Source of the DNA: Octopus vulgaris
Taxonomy: Eukaryota
DNA length: 64,000 nucleotides
NCBI GenBank assembly: GCA_951406725.2
Contig: OX597833.1
Location: forward strand, 4,712,001-4,776,000
Direction: 5' to 3'
In this document: positions 12,901 through 25,799 of the stretch, one piece after another
How positions within the stretch are numbered: position 1 is the stretch's first letter
Layout: every line of letters starts with the position of its first letter
Notes under the pieces: generated by a model
Seen by the model: only the letters and a program-made list of their open reading frames with translations
Told to the model about the DNA's origin: nothing
The model's database searches: none
Translations under genes and position numbers: made by a program

Positions 12901-14033
12901 CTGCAAGTGAGAGGAGGAAAGAGTAGAGAGAGAGAGAGAAATGTAGAGAAAATAATGAGTGGAGTGGAGTAAGTAGGTGGAGTGGAGTGGAATGGATTGA
13001 GTGGAGGTGATTGGTGAAGAAGGGAAATGTGAGAAAGTCGAGGAAAACATTGAGTGTGAATAACAAGATGGGAAACTGGAACGAAACTGGAGAACCAGGT
13101 TTAGAGTAAACCAGGATGTACGATCCAGCTGCTGGCTCTGTGGTACAAATGTCTTGTTTTCATAAGTTCTGAATTAAAATCTTCCACCAAACCTTAGTCA
13201 CAATTTATGTTCCTAACACTTGCTTAATGATAACGAAATTTTTTTACTAAATTCTTTGTTATATTTGAAATCAATTGAAAGAAACACAGCATCTTAACAG
13301 AAATATGGTAACAAAAGGGTTAAAATATATAATAGAGAAACAATTCCTAATCCTTTTGATACCAACCTGGCTGAAACTGCCTCTGACTCTGAGTACAAAT
13401 GTCTTGTTTTCATAAGTTCTGAATTAAAATCTTCCACCAAACCTTAGTCACAATTTATGTTCCTAAAACTAGCTTAATGATAACGAAGTTATTTTACTAA
13501 ATTCTTTGTTATATTTAAAATTAATTGAAAGAAACACAGAGTATCTCAATGGAAATATGGTAACAAAAGGGTTAAGAAAGTTAAAGACACTTTGGATACT
13601 GTGGTCCTAAATACAGGGTCTGTCTTGAAATAAGACATGATGGTCACCAGGGCCAGCGCTAGTAAGTGTGGGGCCCAATTAGATAATTGTCAATGGGGTC
13701 CTCTACTCTACAAAAACTGAAGATCGATGTTTTATGCTTTGTGCAGTACACCAGTCCTAACCAAAAGGTGTTGAGGGTTTGAGGTTCCACCATTAGCCAC
13801 AATGAAATAATAGAAAGTCATCATGGTGTCCTCTGCTCAAGTGTCTGTGTGGGGCCCAATTTGAACATGTCCATCTAATTGGCTTAAAATTAACCCTGAT
13901 GGTCACTGCTAGACAATCTTTAATCTTAAGCCTATTGAATAAGGACTGACCTGAGCTAAACAAGAGAACAAATGCAAAGGAAAGATAGAGAGAGAAAGAG
14001 AAGAGGTAAAGACAGAAAGGGAGAGAGGTGGAG

Positions 14034-14096
<63 letters not shown>

Positions 14097-14153
14097 GGAG
14101 AAAGAGGGAGAGAGAGAGAGAGAAAGAAAGAAAGAAAGCAAGCCATAGGTTAC

Positions 14154-14665
14154 CGGTTTCAAGTTCTTCATGCCAATATTGCGGATCTCACACATGAGGT
14201 TGCCTCTCTTGTCCTCAGACGCCGGCTGCGATGAGCTGTTGGGGGTGACCTTCTTCAGCTGTGCTCCACGATGGATCTCGTCCAGCAGGGCCGATCGATT
14301 TGAACCGCCCGAACTCGGCCTGCCACCGTCCGGCTCGGACCTTCCGGGTTGGGGTAACGGGGGTAAGCCATGGGACGGCGAGCCGCCGGCATCGCTGCCT
14401 TCCACAGACTGCTGCCGCTGCATGGGGGGTGGCGGGGGAGGGGGCGGCGGTGGAGGGGGAGGAGGGGGAGGCGGCGGAGCGCCAGGAGCCTTTGGGGGAG
14501 GCGGGAGGTTGGAGCGTGCTGGCGGCGGCGGCGGGGGAGCAGTGGTGTTTCGTGTAGGCACTGAACGAGACGGGGGCACGGGGGCTGTGGATCGACTGGG
14601 AGGCACGGGTGGTGGCGCAGCTGACCTTGCTGGGGTCGGTGGCCCAATATGACGAGGTGGTAGGG
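14154..14665 (-). CDS. WASL: N-WASP exon, proline-rich region plus two WH2 domains (RSALLDEIHRGAQLKKV; RGNLMCEIRNIGMKNLKP)
   Basis: cctttcag acceptor, CCG|gtaacc donor, 512 nt, phase 1/0; poly-Pro and tandem WH2 as in N-WASP. Confidence 0.96.
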
Positions 14666-14883
14666 CTGAAAGGAAGAACACACAGAAGATTACACACAAA
14701 ACATTACAGCTGTATAGGCAACAGTACTTTCTCACCACCACTACTACTACTACCATTACCCCTACTAGTTCCATAACCACTGGCACCAATACCACTACAG
14801 ATACATACCATTCTCCCACCACTACTGCAACAATACAAGTACTGCAATAGCAGAACTAAACTACCATAATACTCATGACCAGT

Positions 14884-15265
14884 ACACTGCAACGACACTA
14901 GCTGTGCACTCCGGTGACGCCAACTGTGCACCCCAGCGACGCCGGCTGTGCACTCCAGCTGACGCTGGCTATGCACTCGGGCGACGCTGGCTGTGCACTC
15001 CAGGCGACGCTGGCTGTGCACTCCAGGCGACGCTGGCTGTGCACTCCAGGCGACGCTGGCTGTGCACTCCAGGCGACGCTGGCTGTGCACTCGGGCAACG
15101 CTGGCTATGCACTCTGGCGACGCTGGCTGTGCACCCAGGCAACGCTGGCCGTGCACATGAGCGACGCTGGCTGTGCACTCCGGCAACGCCAGCTGTGCAC
15201 TCCAGGCGATGCTGGCTATGCACTCTGGCGACGCTGGCTGTGCACCCAGGCAACGCTGGCAGAAC
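14884..15265. repeat. GC-rich 23-bp minisatellite, about 16 copies
   Basis: Unit caggcgacgctggctgtgcactc. Confidence 0.92.
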
Positions 15266-15466
15266 ACTGCAAAGACGCCGGCAGTACAATACAGCGAACA
15301 ATCACTTATTTACCCAGATGTCCACCCAGGCAGAGACACATACACACACCACCCAGAGCATTACTACTCAACCCATAACGAACTCCAAGAATATTTACCA
15401 GCATCATCATCATCATCATCACCACAGTCTGTGATCAGATTGTGCTAAGAATGTGTTTCTGATTAC

Positions 15467-15499
<33 letters not shown>

Positions 15500-15584
15500 T
15501 AAAAGAGAGAAGAGAAGAGAAACCCTTTCTCTTATTACAAAGGGACTCTAATGATGCCGTCTGTCCTCCCCCACCTCCACTTAC

Positions 15585-15593
15585 TGTGGTCAA
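15585..15593 (-). CDS. Candidate 9-nt microexon (TTGACCACA, inserts IDH)
   Basis: aaacag|TTGACCACA|gtaagt; frame-preserving in a phase-1 intron. Confidence 0.4.
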
Positions 15594-15604
15594 CTGTTTC
15601 TCAC

Positions 15605-16174
15605 TCACACACACACACACACACACAGAGAAAGAGACACACACACACACAGAGAGAGAGACACACACACACACACACAGAGAAAGAGACACACACACAC
15701 ACACACACAAAAGACACACACACAGAGAAAGAGACACTCATACACACACACACACACACAGAGAAAGAGACACACACACACACACAGAGAAAGAGACACA
15801 CATACACACACAGAGAAAGAGACACAAACACACAAAAAGACACACACACACACACAGAAAGAGACACTCACACACACAAAAAGACACACACACACACCCA
15901 GAAAGAGACACACACACACCCAGAAAGAGACACACACACACACAGAAAGAGACACACACACACAGAGAAAGAGACACACACACACACACACACAGAAAGA
16001 GACACACACACACACACACACACAGAAAGAGAGACACACACACACACACAGAAAGAGAGACACACACACACAGAAGAGACACTCTCATACACACACACAC
16101 ACAGAGAAAGAGACACACAGAGAGAAAGAGACACACACACACAGAGAAAGAGACACTCACACACAGAGAAAGAG

Positions 16175-16200
<26 letters not shown>
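15605..16200. repeat. Compound (CA)n/(GA)n microsatellite array
   Basis: Repeated agagaaagagacacacac units. Confidence 0.95.
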
Positions 16201-16205
<5 letters not shown>

Positions 16206-16245
16206 GAGTATACTGAGGTAGTTTGTCCCCCGCCCCCGTACTTAC

Positions 16246-16423
16246 TGTGTGGTGGTGGCGGCGGATGCTGTTTCTGGTCCATCTCCTTCTTCACGGCATC
16301 GATTCCTCCGTTCTTTTCGACAAAGTCGTAGATGAACGTGAGGGTCTCCTTGTCCACCTCCTGGCTCGACGCCAGACCAATCGATTCCAGAAGCTGCTTC
16401 ATGTGTTCTTCCATCTGATTTAT
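16246..16423 (-). CDS. WASL: N-WASP exon, GBD autoinhibitory helices (INQMEEHMKQLL...ETLTFIYDFVEKNGGIDAVKKEM...PPPPPH)
   Basis: gttttag acceptor, ACA|gtaagt donor, 178 nt, phase 0/1; FIYDFVE contains the conserved regulatory Tyr. Confidence 0.95.
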
Positions 16424-18426
16424 CTAAAACAAGAACATACAGTAATAGTAGTAGTAGTAGTAGTAGTAGTAGTAGCAGTGAAGGAGGAGGAGGAGGAAGA
16501 GGGGGACATAAGTGGTGCGAGACATACATCATCATCATCGTTTAACGTCCGCTTTCCATGCTGGCATGGGTTGGACGGCTTGGCTGGAACCGGTAAACTG
16601 GAGAGCTGCCCCAGTGTTGGTCATGTAGATATTTACCAATTTTCATCTATCCACCTACCTATCCACCTATCTATCCACCTACCTATCCACCTACCTATCA
16701 TCATCATCGTTTAACGTCCGTTCTCCATGCTAGCATGGGTTGGACGGTTTAACCGGGGATCTGGGAAGCCAGAAGGCTGCACCAGGCTCCAATCTTGATC
16801 TGGCAGTGTTTCTACAGCTGGATGCCCTCCCTAATCACTACAATAGACGTCAAATATTGCAAAGCCATGCTCTGGATTGGATAACACTCTAAATACATCC
16901 TATGACTTTGATGTGTAGAAGAAAAAAGGGCAGGGTGGCGTCCCCTTACAAATCATTTCCAGATTTGTTGAACCCTCACCAGAGAAGCAGTAGTACCCAG
17001 CTCCCTTCTTTTACCAACAGCATAGAACATTCACCATATATAGAAAGTTATCCTAAGTTAAGCTAGCACCGTAGTGGATAGTCTAATTTGCATATTTCTG
17101 CATTAGATAACTCATCTTTAACTAAATACATTTTACGCACACACACGTGGAAGTTATTATCAGGGATAATGTTATCAAAAACTTAAAGGCATCAAAAACA
17201 GTGGGTCCTCCCAAGCATCCTTAGAATACTGTTATACTGGCCTTAATGTTATCAGCCAGTTATTGTTATCTAAATAGCTTCCTGTGGAACCTGGGCTGAG
17301 TATACCACAGACGCCACTTCTACATTTAATATTACACACAAGCAGAATCAGGAAGATAGTGTGCGACCGTGACAAGGCTGGACCTTTGGAATCATGGATA
17401 TAATCCATCCAACAGGCTTCTGTACAGTTTCCAACTGCCCGGTTTTATTTACAAGGCTGGTATTGGCCCAAGGGTGCTGGTGAAGATCCTTGTGTGTGAT
17501 GCCATGATATGGGACTAGACATGACACATCATGGTTGCTTGAGTAATTAAGAAGTTTCTTTAGTAACTCTGTGTGTATTCTTTTGTTTTTTTACTTGTTT
17601 TAGTCATTTGACTGCAGCCAAGCTGGAGCACTGCCTTTAGTTGAACAAACTGACCCCAGGACTTATTCTTTGTAAACCTAATACTTATTCTATTGGTCTC
17701 TTTTGCCGAACTGCTAAGTTACAGGGACATAAGCACACTAACATTGGTTGTCAAGCAATGGAGAGAGGACAAACACAGACACACACAAATATATACATAT
17801 GTATATATACGATGGGCTTCTTTCAGTTTCCGTCTACCAAATCAACTCACAAGGCTTTGGTCGTCCCGAGGCTATAGTAGAAGACACTTGCCTAAGTAGC
17901 CATACAGTGGGACTGAACCCAGAACCATGTGGCTGGGAAGCAGGCTCCTTACCACACAGCCCCTCCTACACCTATAAATATATATATAATTGAAAAAAAT
18001 TGGAGTCAACAAGAAGGGGTACGGTTGGACATTTAGTTCTAATCCCTACAATTGTTTCCATGCAGCATAGTCCTCCAGATATGCAGGGAATTGATCAGGC
18101 AACCGCTACCCTGCATTATGAGATCTGAACCTACGGAAACAATATTTACATATCACCTGAGGAAACACTATTAGATTTAATAATGCAGGGAAACAGTTGC
18201 ATAATCAAGAACCTGCATGCCTGGAGAACTACGTTGAGTGGAAACAATTGTAGTGACTAAAAAATAAATGTCCAACCACTCCAATTTTTTTCAATTACCT
18301 ATTCACACATGACAGAAGCCCAAATGCAAACCTGGAAGTATACATAATACCACAACTGGATAGTATAGGGTAAATCTGAAGGTGGATGAACTCTATACTG
18401 TACTATGTTCTTAACACAACATACCA

Positions 18427-18463
<37 letters not shown>

Positions 18464-18693
18464 GTTGCAGTGTGGAAGGTGTTTATAAGCCATTTAAGAA
18501 ACGCACAAAAACCGTTAGATTCACTTCAACATTTAAATTTAATTTGTCAAAATATTTTCGTCAAATATTTTAAGTGAATCTAACGGTTTTTGTGTGTTTC
18601 TTAAATGGCTTATAAATATCTTCCACACTGCAATTGTTTTCGTTCCAGCACGCGATCTCAGATCAGGTCACTTGCTATGCAAGTACATCTCTG

Positions 18694-18738
<45 letters not shown>

Positions 18739-18842
18739 CCGGAGTAAACACATAAATGTGAAACAAGATGGAAAAAAGAGTACTCAAATACCAGTGGTAG
18801 AGTAATATGCTTTATTTAAAGCAGCAGAAAATTCAACAAAAC

Positions 18843-18880
18843 CTGTTACTCTGAGTTTCACGTTGCCGTTCGTCAGACAG
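18843..18880 (-). ncRNA. Minimal type-I hammerhead ribozyme motif (sense to WASP pre-mRNA)
   Basis: ctgt-CTGACGA-acg(gcaa)cgt-GAAA-ctcagag-TA-acag; compensatory stem II change relative to the plus-strand partner. Confidence 0.8.
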
Positions 18881-18893
18881 TTTCTAGCAAAAA

Positions 18894-18931
18894 CTGTCTG
18901 ACGAATGGGAACATGAAACTCAGAGTAACAG
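18894..18931 (+). ncRNA. Minimal type-I hammerhead ribozyme motif
   Basis: ctgt-CTGACGA-atg(ggaa)cat-GAAA-ctcagag-TA-acag; intact core, GNRA-capped stem II, GUA triplet. Confidence 0.8.
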
Positions 18932-20339
18932 GTTTTGTTGAATTTTCTGCTGCTTTAAATAAAGTATATATATATATATAAAGGTGTTATTATTATACCA
19001 CTTCCTCTTGTATATTGTTTATCATAAATGTTGACACCAATCTCCCAGACGATATATATATGTGTGTATATGCATGCAGATAGTGTATAGTTTAAACACT
19101 ATCTCTATATCCTTCAGACTGGCTGATTTGATTTCGCTTCACAAGTGACACAAATACCTGACATTGATAAGCCACAGCAATGGGCAAAATATGCATCTGT
19201 TGCTCAGGGAGTCACTTCTGGGGGGCGATTTTGTTTCGCACAAGTCTGAAGCACGCTGTGTTCTTTATTAACACAATATGTTTTTTAAAGGTATTTTCCC
19301 TAAACAAAAACTGCAGCCTCTGGCTTTTTAACAACATATATAAATGTTATATTGATAACATTTCTACTAGAGAGTTGCTTTCAATGCATTATTCAAACAC
19401 ACACATACATAAATATCAACAGTTTCTGGGCTGAGCTAGATTAGGGACTAAAGGCGAAACATAACTGATGATTGTTGGTGTCCCTTTTATCAAATGTGTG
19501 GATATATGTTTATGTATATAAATATATATACACAAATATACACACACACAGTTAAAAGAAAATGGAGATATGGCAGTTAATAATTATTATTAACAAATTA
19601 GAAGCAACCATCCCTTTACGAGGTTAACATATTCTCTAATTAAATTTATATATATATGTATATATGTGTATGTATATATATATAAACAAATACACACACA
19701 CACACACACACAGAGTTAAAAGAAGAAAATGGGGATATGGCAGTTAATTATTATTATTATTAACAAATTAGAAGCAACCATCCCTTTACGAGGTTAACAT
19801 ATTCTCTAATTAAATTTATATATATATACACTACCTAGAATGTAGACAGTAAAGTATACACACTGTGACAAGTGTATTATACTACAGAGAGGGTACAATA
19901 TATCTCAAATGACAGCCAAGGAAATGTTTAGTGACATAACATACATACAGACATGTAGGCCACTACACACATCCACTAAACATACACATCCACACAGATT
20001 ATACATGGTGACATTACACACACACACACACATGCACAGATATCTCTCTCACTCACACACATACACAAATAATGAAACAATATTGATTTTTTTCCAAATG
20101 GTATTTCGTACAAAATCTACATGTAGGATGGTTTTACTAACATAGACACATGGACTGAGCCATGGAGACAGAGGAAGGAAGAGAGACAAAGCAAAACACA
20201 TGAGGACATGGAGGTACAGGTAGATGTAATTAACACTGAATCATGGAGACACAGACGTCCTCTAAAGTACACACATAGAGACAGCAGAAGTACTCCAAGG
20301 CACAAATAGACATCATGTAATGTAAATTAATACATACAG

Positions 20340-20775
20340 GTACACACACACACAGAGGACATTTGATAGAAGCAGGCACACACACACATGCTCAAACACA
20401 CACGTGCTCAAACACACACACACACACACTGAGGACATTTGATAGAAGCAGGCACACACACACATGCTCAAACACACACGTGCTCAAACACACACACACA
20501 CACACTGAGGACATTTGATAGAAGCAGGCACACACACACACACACACACATGCTCACAAACACACACACACTGAGGACATTTGATAGAAGGAAGCACACA
20601 CACACACACAGAAACATTTGATAGAAGCAGGCGCACACACACACACACATACACAGAAACATTTGAGAGAAGCAGGCACACACACACACACACACTGAGG
20701 ACATTTGATAGAAGGAAGCACACACACACACACACAGAAACATTTGATAGAAGCAGGCATACACACACACACACA
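20340..20775. repeat. Tandem repeat, acatttgatagaagcaggc plus (CA)n
   Basis: About eight units. Confidence 0.9.
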
Positions 20776-21136
20776 AAGATAATGGTTAGAATGAGTGAGA
20801 GGAGACATCTAAGAAGAGAAAAAAAATGTAGAGAAAGTTGAGAGCGGAAGGAGCTTTGTGAAAGAAACGGGAGAAGAAAGGATATTCATACAACAACAAC
20901 AACAGCAGCAAAATCGGAAAATAAAATCTACTGAAATCAATCAGGTAGGTAGCAAGCTGTCACCTGGAATGCAATGATGTCACACAAAGGCTAATTGCAA
21001 TTGGTAGGAAGGTGTTAGTTGAGGGGTTTCATATTGAAATCATTGCATAAGAAATCAGTTTTAAAAACACAAACAAAAAATTAAAAATAAAAACAAAAAA
21101 AGGGTACCAAACATACATGAACCAGTAAAATCCAGT

Positions 21137-21345
21137 TTAACCCTTTAGCATTAAAAAGGGCCAGATCTGGTCCAGATATTCTACCTGTTTGATGTTCAAG
21201 CTGACCAGATCTAGCCTCTCACACTTACCCTACAATGTCATTGTAAAAATGAACAATCACATCGTCAGACTCTCAGAGTTATGAGATAATCCAGAATTAA
21301 TTTCAAAGCAACGTGAAACAGATAATCCGAATGCTAAAGGGTTAA
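21137..21345. mobile_element. piggyBac-type MITE, second family (related copies near 2218-2810, 35840-35948, 39710-39910)
   Basis: ttaaccctttagcatt ... aatgctaaagggttaa terminal inverted repeats with TTAA. Confidence 0.75.
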
Positions 21346-21782
21346 TCTTCAAATAATAACGATTTGCAATCAAAGGTGAAAAAGGGATGTGAGTGGGGAA
21401 ACACAAAAAGTTCCAATTTGGTTACTGAACAAAGAACGGTAATTGGTGTTATCTAAAGAATTCTTTAACTACTAACACTACAGTAACAACAACAACAACT
21501 ACGATTGCTATTGCTACCACTATTACTAATTTAAACCAGTAACAGCATAAACAACAACAACATCAATTGCAACACCAAAATAACAAAAAACAAAATAAAA
21601 CTAGCAATTATGTTTAGTAGTCATTAATTAATGTAACGTTCGTTAATATTTCAGTCTTGATACCATGCCTCAAACCTTTAACATTGGATTAATTAAATTA
21701 TTTTTTAATAAAAGATTTGTAACTGAATAAGATTTTAGTGTCAGCACAACCACTTCTTGTTGTCATTGTTGTTGTTCTTGAA

Positions 21783-22152
21783 GGCGGCAAGCTGGCAGAA
21801 TCGTCAGCACGCCGGGCGAAATGCTTAGCGGTATTTCATCTGCCACTACGTTCTGAGTTCAAATTCCGCCGAGGTCGACTTTGCCTTTCATCCTTTTGGG
21901 GCCGATAAATTAAGTACCAGTTACGCACTGGGGTCGATATAATCGACTTAATCCGGTTGTCTGTCCTTGTTTGTCCCCTCTGTGTTTAGCCCCTTGTAGG
22001 TAGTGAAGAAATAGGTATTTCATCTGCCGAGGTTGACTTTGCCTTTCATTCTTTCAGGGTCGATAAATTAAGTACCAGTTGCGTACTGGGGTCAATGTAA
22101 ACGACTATCCCTCTCCCCCAAATTTCAGGCTTTCTGCCTAGAGTAGAAAGGA
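21783..22152 (+). mobile_element. SINE family A
   Basis: Head, B box and body match the other copies. Confidence 0.8.
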
Positions 22153-22568
22153 TCATTGTTGTTCTTGTCACCATCAAGGTTTCATTACTTTTCTAGACAT
22201 TGCTGTAGTTGTACCAAAGGTTGCACCATTGTAGAGATGGTATGTACAACAGCTGTACAAGGTATGTGTGTGAAATCTTGTGCCCTAGTGGTTAAGCTGT
22301 CACACTCATTATTGCAAGGGCACAGTTTCAATTCCCAGGCAAGGCAATGCATTGCATTCTTGAACAAAACCCATTTCCTGTTGCTCTGTTATCACTTGGA
22401 CACTTGACATTGCAGTACACCGAACACCTGTACAGGTAACATCAGTTTAACAGATGAAGTGATGTAATACTCAGCACAAACACCTCATCACTAGAAACAA
22501 AACCATCTGAGCAGGTTGTTCAACAAGAAGTTGTGGAACTTTCATCTGTTGTCTACAAGAGGTGACTC

Positions 22569-22623
<55 letters not shown>

Positions 22624-22729
22624 CATGAACAAGGTGGGAACAAATAGTACTTGAATACTGGGGGCAGAGTAATATGCTTTGTTTCTTTTACTGAAGTTGC
22701 AAGAACATAGAAAAACAAAAACTGATCAC

Positions 22730-22769
22730 AACTGGCTGATGAACAGGAATGTGAAACTGAGTAGCAGTT
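22730..22769 (+). ncRNA. Hammerhead ribozyme motif, same family as 18843-18931
   Basis: aactgg-CTGATGA-aca(ggaa)tgt-GAAA-ctgag-TA-gcagtt. Confidence 0.65.
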
Positions 22770-23035
22770 TTTTGGTGATGTTCTTGCAGCTTTAATAAAA
22801 GTGTGTGTGTATGTGTATATATATATAAAATCATCATCATCATTTAACGTCTGTTTTCCATGCTGGCATGGGTTGGATGGTTCAACTGAGGTCTGGAAAG
22901 CCAGAAGCTGCACCAGGTTCCAATCTGGTCTGGCAATGTTTCTACAGTTGGATACTCTTCTTAACACCAACCACTCCAAGAATGTAGGGGGTGCTTTTTA
23001 TGTGCCACTGGCATGGAAGCCAGTCAGGCAGACTT

Positions 23036-23089
<54 letters not shown>

Positions 23090-23091
<2 letters not shown>

Positions 23092-23500
23092 AGTATTGGC
23101 CAGACTGTCAGATGCTGTTATACACCAATGGTCACAAAGCACTTTCATTTCTGTCCCGTTTGTGCCATTCTTTTCCATCTTGACCCAAATTGCTTGACCA
23201 CCTTCTAGGTGGCCTTTTCCAATCTTTTGGACACCACTTGGCAAATGCATGGGTTCACCTGTTGTCTGTGAACCTTGTGACATGTCTGACCTTGTACTTT
23301 CGTCATTCTGTAATCATATCATTCACTCCACTCCATTCTTGTAGCAGCCCATGTCTGTCTCAGTTGTGTATAAGGGTACAGGTAAGACGAGGCTATTGAA
23401 GAGCCTGGCATGAATGGCATTGTCTAGCTTTGTTTGGGGCACATCCTTTACTAAGTTAAACGCCTGCCATGCTGCCCTTATTGTCTTTGAGATTTCAGCA
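23090..23500 (-). mobile_element. Highly degenerate RTE-like LINE fragment
   Basis: KRPPRRWSSNL resembles the RTE C-terminal GRPxxRW motif. Confidence 0.4.
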
Positions 23501-25799
23501 CATATTCATACATAGCTGACTATAAGACATAGTAAATAAGAGTATACCACAGTTGGTCATAATAGAACATGGAAGGTCATAGCAGGATATGACTGATCTC
23601 AGGACACAGATCAGAGTAAATTATAGTTTGTCATACTTGAACAAAGACAGTCAAAGCAGGAGATGGTTGATCATAGGACATAGATCACAGTAGACTATGG
23701 TTGGTAATAGTAGGACATGGATGGTTATAGCAGGATATAACTGATCTCAAGACACAGATTATAGTAAAATTTAGGTCATAGGAGAACATGGTTGGCCATA
23801 GTAAAGAAAGAAGGATTAAAGATAGGGAGTCATCAAAGGTTGAGTTATTTCACTGGAAAGGACAAAGGTTGCTTCAACAAAAACCAAGAAGTAGTTATAG
23901 TTAGGGTCATCATCATCATCATCATCGTTACCATCATTATTAATGATCAGTTATCCAGTCATTCAACAAACCCTTTCCATCGTTAATACCATCACCACCA
24001 CCAATGTCCCCACCCACCCCTCGTTCCTCAATAATCCCTTTCACCACTTATTTCCCCTAATCCTCAGCCACCCACATCACCCATAAATATTCTTTTCTAT
24101 TCTAGGCACAAGACCCAAAATTTTTGGGGAGGAGGCCAGTTGACTAGATTGACCCCAGTACACAATTGGTACATAATTTATTGACCCCCAAAAGGATGAA
24201 AAGCAAAGTTGATCTCAATGGAATTTGAACTCAGAATGTAAAGACAGACAAAATACAACTAAGCCTGGGGCTAAACACTAACATAATTATTGTCATTGTC
24301 ATCACCAGCCATAGAATTTATCATTATTCTTCTCCTCCTCCCAAGAATTCATCATCATCATTCACAAACCATCTTCTCTTTCTATCTCCAAAAGGCCAGC
24401 AGAGAGAGAGAGAGAGCGAGAGAGAGAGAGAGAAAAAGAGAGATGTGGCAACATCCAGCTTCTATAATTCTTAATCTTTTACTAGTTTCAGCTATTGTAC
24501 TGTGGCCATACTGGAGTACTCAAAGAAATCAACCCCAGTAGTTTTTTCTTTTTGCCAAACCAATAAGCTATGGGGATGTAAACAAACCAGTACCAACTGT
24601 CAAATGGTGTTGGAATAGACAAATGTGTAGACACACACACACATACATATCGGCTCCCACACAGTGCCATCATAACAGTCACCATCATCATCATCAACAT
24701 CCACACGCCATGCTGGCATGGGTCGGATGGCTTGAGAGGATCCAGTAGGTCTGAGGACTGCTTTGTGTCCCAGAGTTCACTTCAGCATGGTCCTTATGGC
24801 TGGATGCTCTTTTGAATGCCAGCCACTTTGCAGTGTGTACTGGGTGCTTTTTTCCATGCTACCAGCAATAGTGAACCCACTAGGCCAGTTTGTAAGACTA
24901 TGGACCCGAAGAGAGGCAGCTTTAGGTTGGAAGCTGAAGGGTTAAGGGATGAAAAGAAGGGCCAGAGCAGAACAGATTTCTTGCTCTCAAAGCCCAAAGC
25001 TATAACAGAAGACAACACCTGTGCGAAGAGCTACGCAGATGGACTGAATCAGAATCCATGTGACCGCAAAGCTAACTTCTTCTAAACCACACAGCAACAC
25101 CTGTAAACTAATACGATATGCTTTTCCAATAAATCCTTACTAAGAAAGGATTTAGACAGGTAAATGTTACAAGATTAATGGAGAGTAAATGATGATGGGA
25201 TTAATGTATAAAAGTGCAGGATTAACATTGACCCAAACACTTGTTCGTCAGGTCACGTTGGAGTGTGTTAATTAAGATTACCTCCAGCCCAACCAAATAC
25301 CTTTTGCCTTCTCGTGACCAGATTTCTAAAGCAATTTCATAGTTTTAGGTTTTGGCTGATCATGGAAATGATAAAGAATTTGCAGGAACTTTGTACAATA
25401 ATTAATTTTTTAATTAATTACCATATTTTTGTTGAAATACATTCTCTTTGTTTTAATTAATTTAGTAAAATAACTGTCATTATTAAGTTGGTGTTTCGAA
25501 TATAAAAGTGAATTTTGATGGAAAGTTTTAATTTAAATCACTTTAGAACAAGTTTGTATCATACAAGCAGGGGTGGTCACATGTGGGTTGGTATCGAAAT
25601 GGTTAAACAAGGGTTTGGAGCATAACAAAAAAAGTTTTGTTGAATTATAATTAAATATTTTAAAAAAATTAAATAAAGTACTAATCAAATACATTCCGAG
25701 TTTAAATGCCACAGAGATCAACTTTGCCTTCCATCCCTTTGAGTTTGATAAAATACCAGTCATACATTGGGTTTAATGCAATCAACTAAATTCTTCCAT

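Noticed and set aside
14884-15265. Possible CRISPR-like array
   Set aside because: Units are directly adjacent with no unique spacers, the context is eukaryotic and there are no cas genes
14704-15448. Overlapping 150-187 aa ORFs
   Set aside because: Produced by the 23-bp minisatellite on both strands
15435-16221. Long ORFs of 100-218 aa rich in HT/CV
   Set aside because: Translations of the CA/GA microsatellite
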